From sequence record MN018232.1: a stretch of 64,000 nt of DNA. One strand, written 5' to 3'. Shown one piece after another: positions 1 to 8,515 of this stretch. Both the position numbers and the translations under genes were made by a program. Position 1 is the stretch's first letter. The number at the start of each line of letters is the position of its first letter. The notes below the pieces were generated by a model that was not told where the DNA came from, did not search any database, and saw only the letters and a list, made by a program, of their open reading frames with translations.

Positions 1-107
1 CAGGTATTGTATTTTGAATCCAGTTCGTCGTTCAGTAAAAAGAAATCCTTTGTATCAAGTATGTTCTTAATACGATAGATGTTATCTTTGACTTCAACGA
101 ACCTCAA
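1..107 (-). CDS. Hypothetical protein, N-terminal part only (runs off window start)
   Basis: Open frame from TTG at 107 (AGGAG 8 nt upstream): MRFVEVKDNIYRIKNILDTKDFFLLNDELDSKYNT...; not in ORF track; loosely resembles N-termini of phage 2OG-Fe(II) oxygenases. Confidence 0.45.
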   Translation of the reverse strand, partial: MRFVEVKDNIYRIKNILDTKDFFLLNDELDSKYNT

Positions 108-342
108 AATCAAGTCTCCTCACTTTTCTTTTTCTCCTCTCTTCCTGATAGGAGAGATCAGAGTTACTAAGGAAACTTTTTGGAATTGTTTCCTTATTGG
201 ATTCTACCATCACTACTTTAGACAAGTCAACTGCAGTAACCTTGTCTTCAATTACCGTCATCATATTGGGACAACCACAACAATGTGTGTGATGGTCACT
301 TCGGATTTCTTTGTTACACTGTTTGCATCTTACAGTAATCAT
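94..342 (-). CDS. Small hypothetical protein with putative Zn-binding Cys motifs
   Basis: 82 aa, CKQC and CCGC motifs; co-oriented with the array. Confidence 0.75.
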   Translation of the reverse strand: MITVRCKQCNKEIRSDHHTHCCGCPNMMTVIEDKVTAVDLSKVVMVESNKETIPKSFLSNSDLSYQEERRKRKVRRLDFEVR

Positions 343-364
343 GGGTCATGTTTGTAATTCGATA

Positions 365-436
365 TGGGAGTTACAAGATTCGAACTTGTGACCAATTGCG
401 TGTAAAGCAACTGCGCTACCGCTGCGCTAAACTCCC
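365..436 (-). tRNA. trnV: tRNA-Val(TAC)
   Basis: GGGAGTT/AACTCCC acceptor, GTTGC-TT TAC AC-GCAAT anticodon arm, GTTCGAATC T-loop. Confidence 0.95.
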
Positions 437-442
437 TCAAGG

Positions 443-524
443 TGGGTGGTCTTGGATTTGAACCAAGGTAGGCAGAGCCAATGGATTTACAGTCCATCTC
501 CTTTAACCACTCGGACAACCACCC
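443..524 (-). tRNA. trnY: tRNA-Tyr(GTA)
   Basis: GGGTGGT/ACCACCC acceptor, ATGGA-CT GTA AA-TCCAT, long variable arm, GGTTCAAATCC. Confidence 0.95.
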
Positions 525-527
525 TAA

Positions 528-600
528 CTGACCCACCAGGGCTCGAACCTGGGACAGGCTGATTAACAGTCAGCTGCTCTACCAACTGAGCTATAGGTCA
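528..600 (-). tRNA. trnN: tRNA-Asn(GTT)
   Basis: TGACCTA/TGGGTCA acceptor, GCTGA-CT GTT AA-TCAGC, GGTTCGAGCCC. Confidence 0.95.
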
Positions 601-791
601 TTGGATTTTTCCTCTTTGGCGGTCTTGAAGTAAAGTTTGTAATACCGTTGTTTCATTTCTGAAATGGTATTCATGTCCTCTTCGTACCCCATGTATTTAA
701 GGAGTTGAAAAGAACCCTCAAGTTCACTGATCAATCTTAACATATTGATTGAAGATCTGTCAAGACCCCCGAACGTATACTCTTTACTCAT
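591..791 (-). CDS. 66-aa hypothetical protein inside the tRNA array
   Basis: MSKEYTFGG...; AGGAGG RBS before ATG at 791. The 116-aa track ORF extends wrongly across tRNA-Ala/Thr. Stop lies within tRNA-Asn. Confidence 0.75.
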   Translation of the reverse strand: MSKEYTFGGLDRSSINMLRLISELEGSFQLLKYMGYEEDMNTISEMKQRYYKLYFKTAKEEKSNDL

Positions 792-807
792 AAACCTCCT
801 AGGAGGA

Positions 808-880
808 TGGAGAATAGGAGACTCGAACTCCTGACAGCCTGCTTGCAAAGCAGGTGCTCTACCAACTGAGCTAATTCCCC
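808..880 (-). tRNA. trnA: tRNA-Ala(TGC)
   Basis: GGGGAAT/ATTCTCC acceptor with G3:U70, CCTGC-TT TGC AA-GCAGG, GTTCGAGTC. Confidence 0.95.
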
Positions 881-955
881 TGGAGCCTCTGACAAGATTT
901 GAACTTGCGACCTGAGCTTTACAAAAGCCCTGCTCTACCACTGAGCTACGGAGGC
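881..955 (-). tRNA. trnT: tRNA-Thr(TGT), CCA encoded
   Basis: GCCTCCG/CAGAGGC acceptor, GGGCT-TT TGT AA-AGCTC, ends GGCT-CCA. Confidence 0.93.
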
Positions 956-956
956 A

Positions 957-1149
957 TGGGTGGGTAGAAGGATTACATTATACCTTCAACAGAGGGGTCT
1001 CACTAATGTTAATGATACCTCTGAACTTTCAGGACCCTTGGTATGGGTTCTCATGCCTCCTGTCTCCAGGTCACATGGTGGCCACCACAGCCTTCCTTAC
1101 TATACAATGTTGGGTGCTTGACCACACCAACTTTTCTGTCATACCCTAT
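957..1149 (-). ncRNA. Structured non-coding RNA, manA-motif-like
   Basis: No credible ORF; at least 6 stems (GAAGG/CCTTC, CAGAGG/CCTCTG, ACCC/GGGT, CCTG-GAGA-CAGG, TGGTGGCCACCA, GTTGG/CCAAC). Resemblance to manA RNA is from recall only. Confidence 0.6.
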
Positions 1150-1168
1150 GGAGATGATCAATCTCCAA

Positions 1169-1242
1169 CGACTCAAGTAGGATTCGAACCTACGACCGAC
1201 TGCTTAGAAGGCAGTTGCTCTATCCAGCTGAGCTATTGAGTC
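1169..1242 (-). tRNA. trnR: tRNA-Arg(TCT)
   Basis: GACTCAA/TTGAGTC acceptor, ACTGC-CT TCT AA-GCAGT, GGTTCGAATCC. Confidence 0.95.
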
Positions 1243-1245
1243 AAG

Positions 1246-1280
1246 TGGTAGTTCCTATCGCCTCTAACCCTGAACTACCA
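1246..1280 (-). ncRNA. Stem-loop RNA element at head of tRNA array (possibly abiF-motif-like)
   Basis: Perfect 9-bp stem TGGTAGTTC/GAACTACCA with 17-nt purine-rich loop AGGGTTAGAGGCGATAG; family name from recall. Confidence 0.4.
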
Positions 1281-1295
1281 AGGGGATTACAGCAG

Positions 1296-1688
1296 TCAAC
1301 GGAACTGGTTATTACCTGTTCCAGAGTTCCAACCACCTGGACCTTCATGGAAGTTCTCAGAACCTCCTTGTGTCTCTTTGACAGTGTTCCAGTTCTTAGT
1401 CGCCAATTCATACATCTCTTGATGAATGTTTGGTGACTCGACCTGGTGGGTGGTCTCCCTCTCGACCTTCTTATTATGGTCGATCTCCTTCTGTTTGTCA
1501 AGGGCCTTTTTGGTGAGGACTGGTTTTCCAAACCACGGATCCTCAGGAAGAATGACAGGTGCAGGAACAGACCTGAAGGTTGCAATAGGTTTCTTTACCT
1601 TACTGACAACCTTTTTAATAATACCTTCACTTTTAGGAATAAAGATATTATAGATTGATTTGAGTTTAGTCTTAATCTTCTTAATCAT
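1296..1688 (-). CDS. Hypothetical protein (130 aa)
   Basis: ATGA overlap with upstream gene; basic N-terminus. Confidence 0.75.
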   Translation of the reverse strand: MIKKIKTKLKSIYNIFIPKSEGIIKKVVSKVKKPIATFRSVPAPVILPEDPWFGKPVLTKKALDKQKEIDHNKKVERETTHQVESPNIHQEMYELATKNWNTVKETQGGSENFHEGPGGWNSGTGNNQFR

Positions 1689-2290
1689 ACCAAAATCATT
1701 CGTTTAGTGTAGTCATATGCATAGTGTTCACGGTATCCCTTGATACCCCAACCCAACCAGTAGTAGGAGGGTACCATGTATTGTCTCACAGTTAGACCAC
1801 CACCTTCGAACTCAGGTAGCACCTTTTGGAACTGGCTCTCGTTCACCATGTAACGAACCTGACAGTCTAGTGCACTCGGGTTACATTTATATTTAGCGGC
1901 AAAGTTTCCGAGACCACGATAACGACCAATAGAAGTCCATTGAATCAGACCATAACCACCAGTATGACACTGGTTATAATTTACTCTTGCACCACCTTCA
2001 CAGATGTTAGGATGGAAGTTACTTTCTGACCTGATGTTACCCATGATCGTTGCAAGTGCATTACGATCAGTGATACGAGTCTGTTCTTGAAGTTGTGCGA
2101 GAACATATCTCTCATTAGGACTGCAATCAGGACAATCCCATGTCTTCCTTACAACTTCGATGGGAACAGCCTTCTCTTCATTCACAGTCACATCCACAGA
2201 TGGTGGATTTTTAATCTCATCAGTTGTGGCATATGCACAAGCCGAAGGAATAATAGTTGCCAATGCAAATGGAAGAAGTTTTTTAAACAT
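1685..2290 (-). CDS. Phage tail-lysozyme-like cell wall hydrolase with N-terminal signal peptide (201 aa)
   Basis: ALATIMGNIRSESNF and GYGLIQWT motifs; start reassigned to MFKKLLPFALA at 2290. Confidence 0.8.
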   Translation of the reverse strand: MFKKLLPFALATIIPSACAYATTDEIKNPPSVDVTVNEEKAVPIEVVRKTWDCPDCSPNERYVLAQLQEQTRITDRNALATIMGNIRSESNFHPNICEGGARVNYNQCHTGGYGLIQWTSIGRYRGLGNFAAKYKCNPSALDCQVRYMVNESQFQKVLPEFEGGGLTVRQYMVPSYYWLGWGIKGYREHYAYDYTKRMILV

Positions 2291-2339
2291 TAAATTAAAT
2301 AGAATTCGACATTCACCTCCCATCAAAGATTTGGGTGAC

Positions 2340-2762
2340 TCAAAAATAATCCTTGCGGTAATATCGACCAAGGATGTTGGAATTGTAGTACAAGGGTGTC
2401 TCATCTGTCAACCTTTGAGACAGGACTTCATTGAGGAACAATTGTCTGGTCTCCTCAAAATTAACCTTTCCCTTCGTACTATGTAGGGACAAAATCTTAC
2501 GAGAAAATTTATCCTTGCCCAGAAGAGTAACATCCTCCTTTAGTTCTGGACAAGATCCATAATATTTTTTCCAGTCAGATTCTGACTTTACTTTTCTACT
2601 CTTACCTTTTGGTTTTCTAAACGACCAAAAATACTTTCTACCAATGTAACACCGCTCGTTGACGTTATTGGTAATGAGATAAACAAAGCCAAAGTTGTCC
2701 CCAATAGAATCAGAGGTAAAGGGTTTACCTTCAAAGTACCAGGGGTTCTCGTAGTCACACAC
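2340..2762 (-). CDS. GIY-YIG family endonuclease
   Basis: GFVYLITN...YIGRK motif, 140 aa, GTG start right after upstream TGA. Confidence 0.8.
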   Translation of the reverse strand: MCDYENPWYFEGKPFTSDSIGDNFGFVYLITNNVNERCYIGRKYFWSFRKPKGKSRKVKSESDWKKYYGSCPELKEDVTLLGKDKFSRKILSLHSTKGKVNFEETRQLFLNEVLSQRLTDETPLYYNSNILGRYYRKDYF

Positions 2763-2903
2763 TCAGTCTTCTTCATAGTCCTGAAATATGTAGTCATCAA
2801 TTTTTTTGGCTTTGATTTCTCTACAATATTGGATGTAAAGTCCTATTGCGTAATCATTCCAATCATCAAAGCTTGAATCCTGAGAATGTGTCTTTCTTGA
2901 CAT
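2763..2903 (-). CDS. 46-aa hypothetical protein overlapping nrdB 3' end
   Basis: Read by hand: MSRKTHSQDSSFDDWNDYAIGLYIQYCREIKAKKIDDYIFQDYEED; fills the gap and abuts the next start (TGA GTG). Confidence 0.6.
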   Translation of the reverse strand: MSRKTHSQDSSFDDWNDYAIGLYIQYCREIKAKKIDDYIFQDYEED

Positions 2904-4059
2904 CTTGTTTGATACCACCAACCACGTAGCTCTCTACCTCCGTCTCCTGCGGTGCGACTTGAAGACCCTTAGAAGAGATCCAATGTTGTGTCCAAGGGAG
3001 AGGATTGTTCTTTGCAGCGACATCGTACACGGGCTTAAGACCAATTGCTTTCATTCTGCGATTGGCAACCCACTCAACATACTTCTTCAGAAGTGTGTCA
3101 TTCAAACCAATCATACTTCCATCTCTGAAGAGATAGTCAGCCCATCTCTTCTCTTCGTTGACAGCCTTGTCAAACATGGCATACAACCACTCTTCTTCTT
3201 CCTTCATGATCTGTTGCATCTCAGGATCATCACCTGATCTCCACTTGTTCAGGATGTTCTGAGTGATGGCAAGGTGCTGATTTTCATCTCTTGCAATCAG
3301 GGAGATGATCTTTGCTGATCCCTCCATGAGTTTGAGTTCACCAAAGGCGAAACTACAAGCAAAACTAACGTAGAACCTAATACCCTCAAGAATGTTAACG
3401 TTTGCAACTGCTCTGAACAATTTACGTTTGACATCTTTGATTTCCCATTTAGATGATGGTGATTGACGGAAGTCTTCCTTCCACATATTACCATTACCCC
3501 ATTGTTGGGCACTGTTGATAAAGTCATCATATGACTCAGTGACACTCTTGGCACGTTCAAGAATTCTCTCGTCGGTGATGATGTGATCAAAAATATCTGA
3601 TGGGTCAGGATAGATATTCTTGATGATGTATGTGTAAGAGCGACTATGGATCATCTCCATAAATCCCCAGACTTCCATACATGCTTCAAGTTCAGGAAGA
3701 GAACAATAAGGAATGAATGCCATCCCTGGTCCTCTACCCTGAATTGAGTCCAACATAATCTGATACTTCAGGTTAGAAGTATAGATGTGTTTCTGTTCTG
3801 GTCTGAGTAATTGATAGTCTGCTCTGTCCTTTTGAAGGGAGACCTCCTCAGGTCTCCAGAAATATCCGAGTTGTTGTGTTGTCAGTTTTTCAAAGACTGG
3901 ATACTTGTAAGAATCGTATCTTTGAACTCCCAACGGTTTTCCAAAAAACATTGGTTGTTTTTTAGAGTCATGGACTTCGGTGTTGAATACCGTCATCCTA
4001 TCCACCTTATCCATCGTAACATTATCCACCGATGAAACCTTAAACTGCACAGGATTCAC
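2866..4059 (-). CDS. nrdB: Ribonucleotide reductase class Ia beta subunit
   Basis: FWRPEE, MEMIHSRSY, EGIRFYVSF, ARDENQH, APQETE motifs; uninterrupted. Confidence 0.97.
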   Translation of the reverse strand: MNPVQFKVSSVDNVTMDKVDRMTVFNTEVHDSKKQPMFFGKPLGVQRYDSYKYPVFEKLTTQQLGYFWRPEEVSLQKDRADYQLLRPEQKHIYTSNLKYQIMLDSIQGRGPGMAFIPYCSLPELEACMEVWGFMEMIHSRSYTYIIKNIYPDPSDIFDHIITDERILERAKSVTESYDDFINSAQQWGNGNMWKEDFRQSPSSKWEIKDVKRKLFRAVANVNILEGIRFYVSFACSFAFGELKLMEGSAKIISLIARDENQHLAITQNILNKWRSGDDPEMQQIMKEEEEWLYAMFDKAVNEEKRWADYLFRDGSMIGLNDTLLKKYVEWVANRRMKAIGLKPVYDVAAKNNPLPWTQHWISSKGLQVAPQETEVESYVVGGIKQDVKKDTFSGFKL

Positions 4060-6340
4060 ACTCTCCCTCCTCTACTGATTCTAATTCTTCTAACAAATTA
4101 TTGAGGTCCGACTTCTCTTCTACTACTTCATCCGTCTTGATGTCGTAGGTGTTCTGGTAATAAGAAGTCTTCCAACCATACTTATATGTAGTCAGAAGGT
4201 CATTTGCCATCTGAGAAACAGGGACCTCATTGTCAGGATAGTTCTCTGGATTGTAACTCCAGTTACCAGAAATGGCTTGGTCAAAGAACTTCTGCATGAC
4301 AGACACCACATTGATGTATCCCTGGTTACTTTTCATCTCCCAGAGGAGAGTATAATTATTTTTAAGCGTTTGATAAGACGGGACAATTTGTTTAAGGGGG
4401 CCCTTCTTGCTCTTCTTAATGGACAGATAGTCTCTAGGTGGCTCAATTCCATTTGTTGCGTTTGACACAACGGAACTGCTCTCCGATGGCATCTGAGCAG
4501 ACAGTGTTGAGTGCCGTAGTCCGTGGGTGGTGATAGATGCTCTAAGACCTTCCCAATCATGTGTAAGCTCCTGTGTAGAAATCTCATCGACATCCTTCTT
4601 GTACGTGTCGATAGGAAGGATCCCATCAGAGTACTTAGTTCTACCAAAGTATTCACAGTGTCCCTTTTCTTTGGCAATTTCATTGGACGATTTGAGAAGG
4701 TAATACTGGAAGGACTCAGACAATCCATGAACTGCATCCCATGCCTCTTGGGAGTCGTAGTTATAACCTAACTTAGCAAGGTAGTGTGCAAGTCCAATGA
4801 ACCCCACTCCGAGGGACCTACGGGCCTTTGTGGCGATCTCAGCCACCTTAACAGGATACTCCTGGTAGTCAATCAATTCTTCAAGACCACGAACTGACAG
4901 GTCACACAGATCCTCCAGTTCCTCATCAGACTTGATCTTACCTACGTTGACCGCAGACAGAATACACAGAGCAATCTCACCTGGCAATTCTTCATCGATA
5001 TGGCTCAAAGGTTCTGTGGGAAGAGTAATCTCCTGACACAGGTTACTCATTGTAACACGATCCTTGAAGGAAGAGTGAGAGTTACAATGGTCGATGTTCA
5101 TGATGTAGATACGACCAGTCTCTGCTCTCTCTTTTAAGAGATCCAGAATGAGTTCTTGAGCTCCAACAGTTTTTCTTGGTACAGACTTATCTTGTTCATA
5201 ACCCACATAGAGATCGTCAAATCGATCAGTGCCAAAAGCATCATAGAGACCTGGCGTGTCATGCGGTGAGAATAGGCTAATCTCTCCATCCGTAATGAAA
5301 CGTTCGTAGAAAATCTTTGATAGTTGGATTGAATAGTCAAGTTTACGTACCCTATTATCTTCCGTTCCTTTGTTGTTCTTGAGAACTAGGATGTCTTCGA
5401 TTTCTTGGTGCCAGATTGGGAAGTGGACAGTTGCGCTTCCACCTCGAATGCCATTTTGAGTGCAGCATCTGACAGTTGCCTCAAACTTTTTGAGGAATGG
5501 TACAACACCTGTGTGTTGAACTTCTCCACCTCTGATTTTAGCGTTGATACCACGGATTCTGCCTGCGTTGATACCGATACCCGCCCTTTGTGCAACGTAT
5601 CTGCCGATAGCCATATCAGAACTAAAGATGCTATCGAGGGAGTCATCAACATCAACAAGAACACAGCTAGCAAATTGTCGAAGTGGAGTTCGCACTCCTG
5701 CCATGATAGGTGTGGGAATGTTGATTCGGTGTCTGGAGATTGCGTCGTAGTATCTTTTGACATAAGACAGTCGAGTTTCTTTAGGATATTCCTGGAAGAT
5801 AGTCAGGGCGATCATGATATACATGAACTGTGGAGTCTCGTAGACCTGACCAGTACTTCTATCCTGTACTAGGTATTTATCCACAACCTGCCTCAAACCA
5901 GCATAGGTAAACAGGTAGTCACGATGATGGTCGATGTATGACTCAGCCTTCTGAATCTCTTCAATAGAGTACTTAGTGAAGATCCCTTTATCATACACAC
6001 CCTCATAGGCAAGTCTTTGGATGTGATCGACGAGAGATGGCATCTCATGCATCTTACCAAACAGTTGCTTCCTGATTGCAAACAGAAGAAGACGTGCAGC
6101 AACGAACTGGTAGTTTGGATGGTCAAGATCAATCAAGTCAGACGCACTCTTAATAAGAATCTCTTGAATCTCTTGAGTGGTAATACCATCATAGAACTGA
6201 ATACCAGAAGTCATCTCAACCTGACTTGCAGATACACCAGCCAAACCACTGGTTGCTTCATCAACCATCTTGTGCATCTTGTCCAGGTCCAGTTTCTCTA
6301 CCGAACCATTTCTCTTAGTAACTTTCAATCCGTTGCTCAT
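4040..6340 (-). CDS. nrdA: Ribonucleotide reductase class Ia alpha subunit
   Basis: ATP cone VTKRNG, FASCVL, SNLCQEI, SAQMPSESSS, C-terminal CESC; uninterrupted. Confidence 0.97.
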   Translation of the reverse strand: MSNGLKVTKRNGSVEKLDLDKMHKMVDEATSGLAGVSASQVEMTSGIQFYDGITTQEIQEILIKSASDLIDLDHPNYQFVAARLLLFAIRKQLFGKMHEMPSLVDHIQRLAYEGVYDKGIFTKYSIEEIQKAESYIDHHRDYLFTYAGLRQVVDKYLVQDRSTGQVYETPQFMYIMIALTIFQEYPKETRLSYVKRYYDAISRHRINIPTPIMAGVRTPLRQFASCVLVDVDDSLDSIFSSDMAIGRYVAQRAGIGINAGRIRGINAKIRGGEVQHTGVVPFLKKFEATVRCCTQNGIRGGSATVHFPIWHQEIEDILVLKNNKGTEDNRVRKLDYSIQLSKIFYERFITDGEISLFSPHDTPGLYDAFGTDRFDDLYVGYEQDKSVPRKTVGAQELILDLLKERAETGRIYIMNIDHCNSHSSFKDRVTMSNLCQEITLPTEPLSHIDEELPGEIALCILSAVNVGKIKSDEELEDLCDLSVRGLEELIDYQEYPVKVAEIATKARRSLGVGFIGLAHYLAKLGYNYDSQEAWDAVHGLSESFQYYLLKSSNEIAKEKGHCEYFGRTKYSDGILPIDTYKKDVDEISTQELTHDWEGLRASITTHGLRHSTLSAQMPSESSSVVSNATNGIEPPRDYLSIKKSKKGPLKQIVPSYQTLKNNYTLLWEMKSNQGYINVVSVMQKFFDQAISGNWSYNPENYPDNEVPVSQMANDLLTTYKYGWKTSYYQNTYDIKTDEVVEEKSDLNNLLEELESVEEGECESCAV

Positions 6341-7329
6341 ATCTTTTTCCAGGTTGTAAATTTGAGTTTTGCTTGTAAACCACTATATGTGTTTGATTCT
6401 ACTATCTCTTGAACTTTATGTCCAGATAGAACCATGTCATTTATGTCTTTGTCTCTGATGGTGGAGGGCCAGATGACAACTCGTTCTCCCCGTTCAATAC
6501 ATCGTTCAATTCGAGCAACAATTTCTTTATTACGGGGTTCATTATCGTATACAAAAACTTTGTCGCTTCCTTCAAGATCACTAACTTCACCATCACTACC
6601 ACACAAAGCCACACTATTGTTGATGAAAGTGCTGTCGAAGGGTCCTTCGACCACATAGACTGGTAGTTTCTTATCGATTGTGTCAATCCCGTAAACTTTG
6701 GGTGCATCGTCGTCCAACATGATGGTTAAGTATTTAATAGGGTTTGTAGACAGTGCTCTACCCTGCACACCTATCAGTTTGTTATCCCTGACAAGAGGTA
6801 TCACAATCCTCTGTTCACCATACTTTGGGTTATCAAATGACCCTGGTTTGATACTATTGACAAACGACTGAAAGTTCTCGGCATAGTAATACTCACCCTT
6901 GAAGATTGCTCTATCCATGAGGTATCTCTTAGAAATACCTACACTGAATGCATCAGGCAAATCAATCTTAATCTTTTCTTTGAAGACGGGTTTAGATGTC
7001 TCTAACTTCTTAAAGATGTCTTCTGGATTTTCTGTCTGAAAATTCTTACCACTCTTCCCATCCTTAAACTTTTCGAACACATACTCCTTGTGTGTCTCTG
7101 GGTCAAGTTCCTTCAAGAAACTATTGAAGGAAATACTGATACCACAATTGTGACACTTGTAGTTGGTATTGTTCTTTACGCGATACAGATACCCTCGTGC
7201 CTTATTCTTCTGCTTCTGACTGTCACCGCAAATGGGGCAGCGGAAATTATAAAGGTAGGGTTTTACTTTTTTGAATTTAGGTAGTCTGGCGGACAGTAAC
7301 ATAATGTATTTTTCGTCAATGAAATCCAC
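6337..7329 (-). CDS. gp61: DNA primase (T4 gp61-like)
   Basis: CPICGDS...CHNC Zn finger, TOPRIM VVEGPFDS, KDINDM; GTG start with GGAGG. Confidence 0.95.
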   Translation of the reverse strand: MDFIDEKYIMLLSARLPKFKKVKPYLYNFRCPICGDSQKQKNKARGYLYRVKNNTNYKCHNCGISISFNSFLKELDPETHKEYVFEKFKDGKSGKNFQTENPEDIFKKLETSKPVFKEKIKIDLPDAFSVGISKRYLMDRAIFKGEYYYAENFQSFVNSIKPGSFDNPKYGEQRIVIPLVRDNKLIGVQGRALSTNPIKYLTIMLDDDAPKVYGIDTIDKKLPVYVVEGPFDSTFINNSVALCGSDGEVSDLEGSDKVFVYDNEPRNKEIVARIERCIERGERVVIWPSTIRDKDINDMVLSGHKVQEIVESNTYSGLQAKLKFTTWKKI

Positions 7330-7838
7330 TAGACCTCCTTGTGCTTACAGTTGTCTCCGTGCCACCGAGCATAGTTACCACGGGAACACATTATACCACA
7401 ATGCGGGCATTTTGTCAAGGTAGAATTGATATGGGCCCACCCCTTACCGTTTGTATTTCCTTTCATACTATTACTGATTTTCTCGTTTCTTTCTTCAGTA
7501 ATTAAGGGGGCCTGACCCTTCTTGAAACTACCACTATTAGTCCTACCCTTCATAGGGTTGTTTAGGCGCATCCTGTCTGACTGAGCCTTACGGACTTCCG
7601 GCATGTCGCAGTTGTTATGGATAACCTTATTGTATCCGTTGTTAAAAGTATCTAACTTATTAATCCAATATCTTTCTCTGTCATACAAATCTGTAGTCGA
7701 AGTCTCTTCTAGGACCTCGTAGGTGCAGTCTAAAAACCTTCCGTGTTGTCTGTGTTGGCTCTTCCTTCTCTTAAGGTCAATTGAGCATCCGACATACACA
7801 GGTTGATTGTCTTTGTAATAACAATATACTCCGACCAT
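7329..7838 (-). mobile_element. Free-standing GIY-YIG homing endonuclease gene
   Basis: GVYCYY...VYVG, KRRKSQH, NUMOD-like basic region (ISNSMKG), C-terminal CPHC...WHGDNC Zn ribbon; wedged immediately upstream of primase. Confidence 0.8.
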
Positions 7839-7839
7839 A

Positions 7840-8223
7840 TCACCTAGTATAACTCGTTTCTATTGTAGAGACTTCTGTGGGTCCTGTCAAGAGTTGTGGG
7901 AAGGCTGTCATGACCCTCATACCTATCGATAGGACAGCAAGACCACCTACAGCCATCCAGACCCTCTTCTCTAGTCCACGTATTCGTTGCAATACGATGT
8001 CATGATCCCCGTCCATTTTATCACGGAGTTTGTCAATTTTAGCAAAGAGTACTGTGTCGATTTCTTCTTGTTTCGATATACGTTCTTCATGTACTGCAAG
8101 CATCCTACTTACAGTAGTATTTACTTCAGATAATTTTTCGATTGCTGCGTCGATACGGAGGACAATTGGTTTTAAGTCCTCTATCTTTTGTTCTAGTACT
8201 GCAATCTTAATTTGATTGTCCAT
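7840..8223 (-). CDS. Coiled-coil protein with C-terminal hydrophobic helix
   Basis: 127 aa, heptad pattern, then WMAVGGLAVLSIGM. Confidence 0.8.
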   Translation of the reverse strand: MDNQIKIAVLEQKIEDLKPIVLRIDAAIEKLSEVNTTVSRMLAVHEERISKQEEIDTVLFAKIDKLRDKMDGDHDIVLQRIRGLEKRVWMAVGGLAVLSIGMRVMTAFPQLLTGPTEVSTIETSYTR

Positions 8224-8515
8224 GGGGCTTAAAATATGGATTGAATTCCAACGCCTTTTTCTTAGCCTTCTTATCCTTTCTCTTCTGTTGCCTATCCATC
8301 AGGTCTTTAATAGCCTTCTTCACATACTTATTACGACCATCTAATTTAATGGTGGGATCATAACCAGCAGTAGGACCAGCAGCAGGGGAGGAGCCACTAA
8401 ATCCACCAGATCCCCCAGGAGGATTTGCCACCATACCTTCCTCATTGACACTGAACTCATTATACATTGCTGTACGAAATGCATCTACAAACCTATCAAT
8501 CTTGTCCTTATCCAT
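8207..8515 (-). CDS. Hypothetical protein (102 aa, Gly/Pro-rich centre)
   Basis: Overlaps both neighbours in operon fashion. Confidence 0.75.
   Translation of the reverse strand: MDKDKIDRFVDAFRTAMYNEFSVNEEGMVANPPGGSGGFSGSSPAAGPTAGYDPTIKLDGRNKYVKKAIKDLMDRQQKRKDKKAKKKALEFNPYFKPHGQSN

Noticed and set aside
792-941. N-terminal 50 aa of the 116-aa track ORF
   Set aside because: Overlaps tRNA-Ala and tRNA-Thr; a strong RBS marks the start at 791
1006-1585. Several 70-114 aa ORFs over the ncRNA/tRNA-Arg region
   Set aside because: Overlap structured RNAs or a better ORF, with no RBS or protein-like composition
2291-2340. Hairpin and mini-ORF MSNSI after GGAGGTGA as a possible riboswitch or leader peptide
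   Set aside because: SD-to-ATG spacing is only 3 nt and I recognise no aptamer consensus
2866-7329. Group I introns or inteins in nrdB, nrdA or primase
   Set aside because: All three ORFs are continuous and of normal length; no intein motifs seen
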